From the NCBI GenBank assembly GCA_950097015.1, contig CATNEN010000005.1:992001-1056000 (forward strand): 64,000 nt of DNA, written 5' to 3'. This document shows, one piece after another, positions 12,431-22,920 of this stretch (position 1 is the first letter of the stretch; each line of letters opens with the position of its first letter). This DNA is from Macrostomum hystrix. Taxonomy: Eukaryota > Animalia > Platyhelminthes. The position numbers were made by a program, and so were the translations under genes. The notes below the pieces were generated by a model, which had not been told where the DNA came from, searched no databases, and worked only from the letters and a program-made list of their open reading frames with translations.

Positions 12431-13348
12431 GTAGGATAGGGGGAGAATGAGACTGTAGGATAGGGGTAGAATGAGACTGTAGGATAGGGGGAGAATGAGA
12501 CTGTAGGATAGGGGGGAGAACGAGACTGTAGGATAGGGGGAGAATGAGACTGTAGGATAGGGGGAGAATGAGACTGTAGGATAGGGGGAGAATGAGACTG
12601 TAGGATAGGGGGAGAATGAGACTGTAGGATAGGGGTAGAATGAGACTGTAGGATAGGGGGAGAATGAGACTGTAGGATAGGGGGAGAATGAGACTGTAGG
12701 ATAGGGGGAGAATGAGACTGTAGGATAGGGGTAGAATGAGACTGTAGGATAGGGGGAGAATGAGACTGTAGGATAGGGGTAGAATGAGACTGTAGGATAG
12801 GGGGAGAATGAGACTGTAGGATAGGGGGAGAATGAGACTGTAGGATAGGGGGAGAATGAGACTGTAGGATAGGGGGAGAATGAGACTGTAGGATAGGGGG
12901 AGAATGAGACTGTAGGATAGGGGGAGAATGAGACTGTAGGATAGGGGGAGAATGAGACTGTAGGATAGGGGGAGAATGAGACTGTAGGATAGGGGCAGAA
13001 TGAGACTGTAGGATAGGGAGAGAATGTGACTGTAGGATAGGGGGAGAATGAGACTGTAGGATAGGTGGAGAATGAGACTGTAGGATAGGGGGAGAATGTG
13101 ACTGTAGGATAGGGGGAGAATGTGACTGTAGGATAGGGGCAGAATGAGACTGTAGGATAGGGAGAGAATGAGACTGTAGGATAGGGGGAGAATGAGACTG
13201 TAGGATAGGGAGAGAATGAGACTGTAGGATAGGGGTAGAATGAGACTGTAGGATAGGGAGAGAATGAGACTGTAGGATTGGGAGAGAATGAGACTGTAGG
13301 ATAGGGAGAGAATGAGACTGTAGGATAGGGAGAGAATGAGACCGCAGG
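12431..13348 (+). repeat. Minisatellite, 24-bp unit GTAGGATAGGGGGAGAATGAGACT
   Basis: About 38 tandem units, purine-rich on the + strand. Confidence 0.97.
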
Positions 13349-13725
13349 ATTTGGATATTGGAAGATGTGTAATTAGGAGAAATTCGAGAATAATGACAAG
13401 AAAGTTAGTAGCGAAAAAAGTTTGATGAATTTAATAATAAAAGTGCAAACCTAAGTCCTCACCTATGGAGCAAGATTTCGAGAGGCAATAAAATCTCTTG
13501 CACCTTTTCTCGTAATAGTTGCTAGGCTTACTTTGCCTCCTATTAGTAAGTCTAGTAAGGAAAAAAATTTCAGAAAAATTATTTTTTTAACTTCCTTTTT
13601 GAAAAGAACATTCCTAAGGTATTAGGTAGCTGCGAAATCTTCGAAATAAAATTTAGAATCGAGTGAGAAAATCAGCAATAAAAATATGTTAGAATTTGCC
13701 AATCAAATTAGTCACGACTGACGTA

Positions 13726-14160
13726 TTAAGACGCTAGAATAATGTGTTAGACACTAGAATAATGTGTTAGACACTAGAATAATGTGTTAGACACTAGAAT
13801 AATGTGTTAGACACTAGAATAATGTGTTAGAAACTAGAATAATGTGTTAGACACTAGAATAATGTGTTAGACACTAGAATAATGTGTTAGATACTAGAAT
13901 AATGTGTTAGACACTAGAATAATGTGTTAGACACTAGAAATAATGTGTTAGACACTAGAATAATGTGTTAGACACTAGAATAATGTGTTAGACACTAGCA
14001 TAATGTGTTAGACACTAGAATAATGTGTTAGAAACTAGAATAATGTGTTAGACACTAGAATAATGTGTTAGACACTAGAATAATGTGTTAGACACTAGAA
14101 TAATGTGTTAGAAACTAGAATAATGTGTTAGACACTAGAATAAAGTGTTAGACACTAGAG
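13726..14160 (+). repeat. Minisatellite, 20-bp unit ACACTAGAATAATGTGTTAG
   Basis: About 21 tandem units. Confidence 0.96.
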
Positions 14161-15878
14161 TAACGTATTATACTCTTAAATGACAATATAATCAGGCTAT
14201 TGGTAGTCACTTAAACTTTTAGTATCGGTTCTACATGAATAAAATATGTTCTAATTAAGCAAATACTTGGTTGCATAGAATATTTTAAAGGGCTTCATTT
14301 ATCGGCATTTGATGACTGAGACGTTAGCTGCAATGCGGCACTGTACCGCAAGCAATAAATATCAAACTGTGAACTCTACCTTGCTAGATTCGTAAACTTG
14401 TCCAGTGGCTTGACAATAGACCAACTTTCACCTCGTTTCTTTTCAAACAGAAGCCACACAAAAGGACTGACAACAGATTTTTATAATCAAAATGCTTTAA
14501 AAAATATCTTTAATGGGATAAGCCTACGATTTTTAAATTGGTTCTGCACTTAATATATATTTTATGCAGCCGTAAACCGTTAGCCTTAATCACAAAGATC
14601 CACGCAAATATAAATGCAAATGTTACTCTTTATGTGCTACTAAAACTACTAAAATGCATTTAGACTGAGCTTGAAATTTATTGCCTTTGTAAAGAAAAGC
14701 GCATACCATAGCATTATCTTGTTAATCATTGGTTGAGAGCTCTGATTGGCTGTCGTCCTTCGCGGTCGCCAATCCCATAAGCCTTTCCTAATTGGCTGTC
14801 GTTTTATCGATCGATTGGACAAGCACAGTTTTACGTCCCACTCGTAAGAAGACCGAGTTGAAGACCACGGCACCCACAATTTTGATACTCTAACCAATGG
14901 GCTACAACAAACATATGTTATCCACGGCCAATCAGTTGACCTTGGCATGCTAATCTAGCTATGAACAAGCTTGCATTTTAATTACTTTAGACCTGTCGAT
15001 TGCCCCACTTTTCGTTCCAGTCAGCAAAGGTGCAACTCAGACCTCGCCCAGTCTGCTTGACGTCAAAATGAGGATTTCTATTGGTAGGCGGAATAAATTA
15101 TCAGTCAGACTTTTAAAACTGCTACATCATGTGCTGGCCTGTACTTTATGTAATGTAGACTACATTATTTAGAACAAACGTGAAGGAACATGCATTATCT
15201 TTTACGAAAATATAGCTCGTATCTCTACTTTGATTTATTATTCTAACACGCAGAAAGTATAAAGATAATTGAAATAAGCATTTTCGGAATGGGATAAGTG
15301 TTAAAAAATTGTTTTTTGCTAAAGTGCAAAACACAATTAGTTATTTGTAGCAGTCTTGAGCACGAACTTGTTTGGAATTAAGTGTGTGCGTGTGTGTGTG
15401 GTTGGGGTGTGCTCAGGAGTCAGCGGAATGGGCAGAATTGCCTCCGTATCAATGTGTACTTATCCACATGAAATGCCCCAAGATATCATATTCTGTAGTT
15501 TTTTATAATTCATTACTTAAAGAAAATAGATGACACGAAATCAATACGCCCTACTGCTAAGTAGTATTGTGCACGTTGCTTGCTTGTCAATAAAAAAACA
15601 AAACTGTAGAACTATAAATTAACGAAAGAAAAAGGATCTGCAAAGCCCTGAGAGAAGGCTGGAAAGATTTTTTCTTCGCCTTTGCAGCTAAAACTTCTGA
15701 GACTGAATTGGCCAATTAAATCCCCAAGTCGCATTGGTTGCAAGGTTATCCAGCCAATTGCAAGGTAGAAGCTTAAGGAACAAACTAAATAAAATAATAT
15801 CAACTCTCTAACCCTCTACTATAGTGGCTCTACTATACGGTACATGCCACAATATAAAAAATCATTGACTTGACAACA

Positions 15879-15999
15879 ATGACCCAACTGTACGTGCTGA
15901 TTCTGCTGGTCATTGCTGGCCTATGCGAGTGCCAAACAGCCTAAACGTCTCATTGGGAGGCTGCGTGATCGCTCAGACTCCCCAACACCTGCTGACGGC
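15879..15999 (+). pseudogene. 5' stub of an A-type PAN-LamG gene (A')
   Basis: It encodes the signal peptide MTQLYVLILLVIAGLCEC. A 4-nt deletion (gcctaaacg vs gcctacagaaacg) creates a TAA. Homology to copy A stops abruptly after cacctgctgacggc. Confidence 0.8.
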
Positions 16000-16238
16000 A
16001 TTGCAATGCAATATTTAGTAACAGAAGCATTGGCGTTACCAAGGAACACTCTAGCAGCATCAATACAAGCTCTCTTCTCAAAATGTACTCAATCAGTTTT
16101 CCTGGTTGGTCTACTTTGTAGTCGGAGGTGTATGGACCAGTACTGCCCATGCAGTTCAATAAAGTTCTCACCAATATGCAAACAGGAGGCAACTGCAATC
16201 AAAAAACTGCTTCTGAGAAACAGCTAGCATTGAGCAAA

Positions 16239-17162
16239 ATGAATTTCCATCTATTGATTGAGTATCTTTCTATTCTACTAGTGTTAGCCCTTAGCCAGTG
16301 TGCGTGTCAAAAGCACGAAATGTCAGTCGGTGGCTGCGTGGTCGCTCAGACTCCCCAACACCTGCTGACGGCCTCAAGCGCTCGCTCGTGCGCCTTCCTG
16401 TGCTCTCAGCTCCGTCTCTGCATCGGCTGGAGCTACCGCACAGGCGTCTGCAACGTGTCGGACAGCGTGCAAACTGTGCGACTCTCGAACGACACCGACT
16501 GCGAGGTGTGGAGCGTGCTGCGTCAGCTCAGCCTCGTCGCCTTCTGGCCCATGAGCAACGCCACTCGCAGCCGCAATGTGGCCTCGAACAGCGGCCATCT
16601 CGACCTGCAGGAGAACATGGCCATGCAGTACACGGACAGTGCGGTCAACTTCACTGGTCAGTTCGATGTGAATGAGCGATTCAACATCGACCAGCTGGCT
16701 TCAGAGTGTCTCACGAGCTTCACGTTCTCTGTGTGGGTGCAGGTGTCGAACCAATCTCGAGGCGCCATGCCTCTTTTCGAAGGCCGGACGATGCCAGATG
16801 GACGTTTTACTCGACTCTGGCTGTATCCTGCTAGCACTGATATTCAGTTCATAATTGAATCTCCATGGTCCTATCTAACAGTGCCAGGACCCACTGACAC
16901 GGCCAGCGGTTGGACTCACATCGCTGCAGTGTACAACAGAAACACACCGGCCTTCTGGATCTACGTGAACGGAACTCTTGCCAGCAGTGGCTCTTCAGTG
17001 GCCGTGACATCGTGTGCGAACTTTGGCAACATGGTGCAGATCGGAGCGACCACTCGCTCAGCACCGCACAACCGAGTGTTCCAGGGCTTCATGAAATGCT
17101 TCGGAGTGTCCCAGAGGGCTCTGAGCAGCGCTGAAGTGGCTCTCTTGCTTCAGATCTGCTGA
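16239..17162 (+). CDS. Secreted PAN/Apple + LamG protein, copy B (chimeric, 307 aa, intronless)
   Basis: The ORF is intact: signal peptide MNFHLLIEYLSILLVLALSQC, a PAN Cys motif and a complete LamG fold (WTHIAAVYN, IYVNG, IGA, FQGFM, RALSSAEV). The start is placed at the Met before the hydrophobic signal. Confidence 0.85.
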   Translation: MNFHLLIEYLSILLVLALSQCACQKHEMSVGGCVVAQTPQHLLTASSARSCAFLCSQLRLCIGWSYRTGVCNVSDSVQTVRLSNDTDCEVWSVLRQLSLVAFWPMSNATRSRNVASNSGHLDLQENMAMQYTDSAVNFTGQFDVNERFNIDQLASECLTSFTFSVWVQVSNQSRGAMPLFEGRTMPDGRFTRLWLYPASTDIQFIIESPWSYLTVPGPTDTASGWTHIAAVYNRNTPAFWIYVNGTLASSGSSVAVTSCANFGNMVQIGATTRSAPHNRVFQGFMKCFGVSQRALSSAEVALLLQIC

Positions 17163-18905
17163 GAAGCGAATTTCTGGCCGTCTTGAATGTTGCTTGTCTT
17201 TTGATTTGATTGTTTGTCCTTCGACAGTGGAAAAGCAGTTTGGAACTGTTAAGCTTTCGGGGTTTCTTTCTGAGAGCGTCAGATGTGCGAAGTGTTAGTT
17301 ACTTAGTTTGTAACTACCAGCAGTTTAGTGCTTCATATAATTTTTTCGACACTGACCTACTCTGCTGCTGTCTTATTGCTGTCTATATAATCACCTTTCT
17401 ATTGTAGTTTTCTGCGTCTGTGATTGCAGGGATATACTGAAGAAGTTGATCCCCTTTTAGGAGCAAAAACAGAAGCGTCATTCCGAATAAAATATCAACA
17501 GACCAATTAGCCACGCGAACAAAGTACTTGTTAGAACTGGATGGGACTTTGCAGCCGGCTAATGAGAATGTGTGAGATGCATCTTTAATTGAAGACGAAA
17601 TTCATTTTTATTGTTAAGCTTTTTTCAATGAAAATGATGTTTTTATAGTTCTTTTTTGCATTCTTTTTTTACTCAGCCTGCAGCTCAGCTAGCCACCCCA
17701 AAATCTACCCCTGAGCTGCGGTGCCGACCAATCAGCGTGCGCGAGGGAAACATTTTCCAGTCTGCCCCGGCTCAGAGCACCTCACGGCTCTTGATTGCCC
17801 TGCCCGACTGCAGGAGTCTCGCTGACGAAACCTTCAATTGGCGCAGGTCGTCTAGAGGGATTGTTGATTGAGCGACCCTGAGGATCTCGCCGTTTGGCAA
17901 AGGAGAGGTACCGATAGGAATTGTTGGAGCCTCGCAGAAACCGCAGACCCTTAGTGACCTCACCTGCAGAGTAGGCGCGGATTTAGGCCAGCTTAGGAAT
18001 AATTATTATACTACCTGTTATTTGGTCAGCTACCTCTCGATCATCATCTCTCCTCTGCCTTTGTTCGCGTGTATTTTACTAGTGTCCCCACGCATTGGAT
18101 ATGTGGAGTTTGATAATTTTCCGTATTGTGTTAATCACCGAAGAACCTAAATTGAGATTGTAAGCGCGGGTGGAAAATGAAGCCTTAAAGTTAATTAATC
18201 GAGTCAGAGAATTATTATAATCAAATAAAATCAGCCTTTCAATTGGGATTGGGATTGGGATTTGTTATTTTTCTATTTGGGAATTCCGTTTGGAGCAGCT
18301 CGCCATCTTGCCCACATCAATTTCACAGCCAATAACATTATATTTCAGTCGCTGCTACAATTGACTGAACGGTAGCACACCGACCCGGTGTAGAGAATAG
18401 TTACAGTCTAAAACCTCTCACGATATTTGGCACACAAAAGCCCAAACAGGATATCAGCGTATAAGCTATGAAGTTCAAAGAATTCTCAAAAAATACAAAA
18501 TAGAGAGATGTCTACTGACAGAAGTAGAGAAACAATTAAAGGCTTTGGCTGGAAAATTCATCTGGCTGGGTGTCGCAAAGCGGAAATGGAACGGCAACTA
18601 TGGCAACAAAACCCGCTGGCCACCCCCTCCGCTCTCTTTCTCTCTCTGTCTGTTTCAGCTCCATGTAAGACTGACTTTCGCATTGACTAGGAAGAAGATT
18701 GACAGAACACGCTCAATGCTACTACTTACATTAGGACACAGTGCAACGAACATCGGAAACAATTCAAGGACAGCAAAATGATTTCAAGACACGGTAAGTA
18801 AAAAATATTTTACTCGAAAAATGAGAAGAAAGCTTAGCAAAGTGAACCTACTAAATCAAAAAGAGTTGCTTAACCTACCCTAATTGGGCCAGATGCACAG
18901 CAGCA

Positions 18906-19066
18906 GATATTGCGCGGCGCGTTTGAAGGCTGAGTACGGCTGTTCAGTCCATGGACTGGGGGAAGCAATACAGGTTTAAGTATCTTGCTAAAGGGCACAA
19001 ACTTTAACAAATCGAACACCCACTTTCAGGTCATGATTTCGCCGCTCTTACGACAAGGCTACATCC
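18906..19066 (-). mobile_element. tRNA-derived SINE (family 1)
   Basis: The minus strand has an A/B-box-like head (gtagccttgtcg...gtgttcgatttg), a core with GTCCATGGAC and a 3' gcgcaatatc end. These are shared with copies at 24122 and 59345. Confidence 0.6.
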
Positions 19067-19715
19067 TCCTACTACTGGGTTACACACGGTGCTGAGGCCA
19101 GGAGATCCCACTGATTTCACATGTGTTCGCATGGCATGGTTAATTTAGTCGCCTTCAGTGTTCATCGCTACCCGGTTGACGCAACTTCAGCTCGAAACTC
19201 CGTTTTGAGAACGCGGTGTCAAAACTTCAGTGTTTAGCAATGTGTAGCTTCTTTCACACGGAAAGCAAATATAAATTAATATATTAGTGTCTATTTAATT
19301 CATTGTTTTTATTTTAAAAGTCTTTCTCAAACTTAGGTGTGCTTTAAAACTCTTGCTAAGCAGACCCTGCAACGCTGTTATTGACTGTCATTGACAGACA
19401 GCCTATTAAGAACAGCCAACCGGACAAGCAGGCATGATTTGCTTGAGACAAGTCAGAAATAATTGGCACACGCAAGATGGCCATGAAATATTTAGTAACA
19501 GAAGCCTTCACGTTGCCAAGGAACACCATAGCAGCATGAATACAAGCTCTCTTCTCAAAATGTACTCAATCAGTTTTCCTGGTTGGTCTACTTTGTAGTC
19601 GGAGGTGTATGGACCAGTACTGCCCATGCAGTTCAATAAAGTTCTCACCAATATGCAAACAGGAGGCAACTGCAATCAAAAAACTGCTTCTGAGAAACAG
19701 CTAGCATTGAGCAAA

Positions 19716-20645
19716 ATGAATTTCCATCTATTGATTGAGTATCTTTCTATTCTACTAGTGTTAGCCCTTAGCCAGTGTGTGTGTCAAAAGCACGAAATGT
19801 CAGTCGGTGGCTGCGTGGTCGCTCAGACTCCCCAACACCTGCTGACGGCCTCAAGCGCTCGCTCGTGCGCCTTCCTGTGCTCTCAGCTCCGTCTCTGCAT
19901 CGGCTGGAGCTACCGCACAGGCGTCTGCAACGTGTCGGACAGCGTGCAAACTGTGCGACTCTCGAACGACACCGACTGCGAGGTGTGGAGCGTCCTGCGT
20001 CAGCTCAGCCTCGTCGCCTTCTGGCCCATGAGCAACGCCACTCGCAGCCGCAATGTGGCCTCGAACAGCGGCCATCTCGACCTGCAGGAGAACATGGCCA
20101 TGCAGTACACGGACAGTGCGGTCAACTTCACTGGTCAGTTCGATGTGAATGAGCGATTCAACATCGACCAGCTGGCTTCAGAGTGTCTCACGAGCTTCAC
20201 GTTCTCTGTGTGGGTGAAAGTCACCAATTCATCTAGAGGACCAATGCCTCTGATCGATAGCATGACCACACCGAACAGCCTGTTCACGAGACTGTGGCTG
20301 TATCCGAACAGCTCCAATGCCGACCTGTCCGTTGAGTCTCCCAACTCGCAGGTCACATTTACTGGAGACATTGACAATGTCAACAACTGGAGCCACGTAG
20401 CTGCCGTGTACAACCGGCAGGTGCCCACACTGAGGATTTACGTGAATGGTTCACGCACCAATGCCACAATCGTCCAGGCGGCGCAGGTGTCTGGTTGCGC
20501 CAGCTTTGGTACACAAGTCCAGATTGGAGCAACGATGCGTATCGCGTATCATAACGTAGTGTTCCAGGGCTTCATGCGCAACTTTGCAGTTTCTCAAAGG
20601 GCTCTGAGCGATGCTGAAGTGTTTCAACTTTATCAGCTGTACTGA
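19716..20645 (+). CDS. Secreted PAN/Apple + LamG protein, copy C (309 aa, intronless)
   Basis: The ORF is intact. The 5' half is nearly identical to B, and the C-terminal LamG half is diverged (WSHVAAVYNR, IYVNG, FQGFMRNFAVSQRALSDAEV). Confidence 0.87.
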   Translation: MNFHLLIEYLSILLVLALSQCVCQKHEMSVGGCVVAQTPQHLLTASSARSCAFLCSQLRLCIGWSYRTGVCNVSDSVQTVRLSNDTDCEVWSVLRQLSLVAFWPMSNATRSRNVASNSGHLDLQENMAMQYTDSAVNFTGQFDVNERFNIDQLASECLTSFTFSVWVKVTNSSRGPMPLIDSMTTPNSLFTRLWLYPNSSNADLSVESPNSQVTFTGDIDNVNNWSHVAAVYNRQVPTLRIYVNGSRTNATIVQAAQVSGCASFGTQVQIGATMRIAYHNVVFQGFMRNFAVSQRALSDAEVFQLYQLY

Positions 20646-20767
20646 AGCTGCAGTAGCAATCGCATCCTTTGCCGAAAAATGATCTCGTTCGCTTTTCAAA
20701 AAGTGCATCTGCATCGTCTGAGTTGTCTGTGCGCTGTGAACATTATAACCTGATGTACAACTGTAGC

Positions 20768-21688
20768 ACTCATTTTAAAACTGTCTTCTTCATGCTGAGA
20801 AAAATATATTTAAACCAACAGTCGATGCAGTGTCCAATAAATTAGTATAGAGGTCGGTGGTTCGATTTTTTACTACACTGGGACAGTTAGTGTATTTTAT
20901 CAAGACCATTTAGTCTGCATTGCTTCGATGAGTTCTCCCAGCAGTTGCTCAAACTGGCTGCGGGTAACTGTGGCATTTGTGTGGCGTCCCCCAGTCAGTG
21001 AAGCAGTAGGCAGCATTCAAAATGCAGTGTGCAATAGCTGCGACTGGAATAAATATAGTAACTTTGCCTATAATGTAAAAATCTTTGTAAAAACAATCGC
21101 TGAAAAAAAACAATCCCTTGACAATTTTATGTAGCCAAGTTGCTAGTTGTTTTTTTAACGAATTTTTTTGACATCGCTGAGGAATTTGGTGCTTAAAAAT
21201 TCATGATGCATCCAGCACTTTCTGAGGCATCCGCGCTCAAGGAAAAAAATAATTTTACTTTATTGCTTGAGTCAGAGATGTAACCTAGGAAACTGTTGAT
21301 TAAGCAAAAACCAAAAACCTTTAGTTAATGGTTAAATTTTTCGTATTTCGTCGCCTTACATTGTAGCTCTCGATCTTCAGTATTTGAGTGACTTTCGTTT
21401 TGCACAAGAGAAACCAATGATTCCATAGTGTTTAAACAATCAAGCTTTGCTGTAAAAATTGGTGTTGAAATTTGATTTGGTTGTGGCGGCCAATCCCAGT
21501 CCATGGACTGAATAACAGCTGCATGTGTGTACACAAGATCTTTGGAAGCACCGCGCAATGTAGCTGTGGCTGTGAATGTAGCCCAAATGGGTTGTGTCTA
21601 TAAATTATACTAATTTATTGGACACTGCATCACCTGTTGGTTTAAATATATTTTTCTCAGCATGAAGAAGACAGTTTTTCAAATGAGT
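20768..21688. mobile_element. Non-autonomous DNA transposon/MITE with ~82-bp terminal inverted repeats
   Basis: 20768-20849 is the near-perfect reverse complement of 21606-21688 (ctgtcttcttcatgctgagaaaaatatatttaaaccaaca...gtccaataaattagtata). I could not resolve a TSD. There is an internal SINE fragment at ~21480-21560. Confidence 0.75.
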
Positions 21689-22920
21689 ACTTTTATTTCT
21701 CTGTGTAACTTCTAATACTTTTTGACTAAGTTGTTGAAGACGTTTCTAATCAAGTTTCTCCTAGCTAGTTTTGACATCCAGCTGGTATTTTAAGTATTGA
21801 AAACATTTCATGCATATAAGAGATGCACACGAGACTCTAATGTATTCCATTTGGAATGCATATAGTAATGCATGAAAGTTGCCATCTGCAACTCAAATTC
21901 TTGGGCCCCTTGAGTTAATTGGAAGATCCACAATGCATATTGAAGGAACCATTAATTGCATGCAGGGCCTCATCATGGTTTTCGATGCTAGTGCTGCAGT
22001 TGTTTTTTAGCCTATATGCATTTTCATACTCACTAAATTAGCTTTTGCTCATATCCTAAAACATTGAAGCGTTTTTCAGCTAATTAGCTCACTCTTTTTC
22101 TGCAGAGTCGGCTTTTTAAAGAAACTTTTTCATTTCTAATTTTTTATTACGCTTCACTTTTCACTAACACTAACTCAGTGGCTAATGCTTAATTATTCGT
22201 AGTAAAGCGTAAAAACGACGAGTTCTTATTAGAATAATAATAAATTATCAATCACCAACTTTTTGCTTTTACTACTGCGCGTCCGTAGCTTATTTTTATC
22301 GCTTCCTATCAGTCCATTCTGCAGAATGAGGCTAAAACGATCCGATCCGGAGTGCCGAAACGTGAACGAAAGTAAATGATGGTGATTCGAAGAGTTTTCA
22401 ATTGAAAGTTAACAAGAATTCGATGACTAGTTTCCTAGATAGTGATTATCTTAATGTTAAGCCGGATTCATTTATATTGTTAGTTTTATTAGCACGTCAT
22501 GCTTAAACGCAAAATAGTAAATCTGCTATAAATATGCTTAATTTTTTTAGTAGATAGAAAAAATACGGTTGATTATTATCAGTTTTGCATTAATTTATCA
22601 TAAAAAATTACTGCCTGTTTGTTATAACTAGGCAGTGGCTTGGTGTGTAGATTTAAGATGGAATCTTTAAAAAGAATTTATTGCATTGCATCGGGAGCTC
22701 ATCGGGAGCTCATCGGGAACTCACACCAACACCAAGCATATAATTTTGTCGCGAAACTTACTGATAATGATAGTTGATTTAAATCTAACAGTATGTCAGT
22801 AGTTTTATAAAGGAATAAAACTATTATTGACTGCTACCTCGTTTTTATTAAGCACGCTTCTTGCGTGCCACCAAACAGCGCCTTGTAATAGCCAACGACT
22901 ACACCCAAGTTACGTCGATC

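Larger units (their letters stand above)
15350..18768 (+). repeat. Segmental duplication copy 2 (paralogous to ~9215-12155) with a ~370-bp C-type insertion
   Basis: It is colinear with copy 1, except that 16000-16370 comes from the upstream/5' region of gene copy C (~19478 onward). Confidence 0.9.

Noticed and set aside
14720-14940. CCAAT/ATTGG-rich segment as a foldback element (similar segment at 25640-25990)
   Set aside because: The inverted matches are short and not in mirror order, and no TIR or TSD could be defined.
16128-16238. 37-aa N-terminal extension of copies B and C (also 19605-19715)
   Set aside because: It begins with a non-ATG codon and precedes a typical signal peptide. The Met at 16239/19716 is the more plausible start.
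9713-20428. Overlapping alternative-frame and antisense ORFs in the PAN-LamG genes (also inside SQSTM1, PPA and BLTP3 exon 10)
   Set aside because: They are shadows of GC-rich coding sequence with no recognisable domains.
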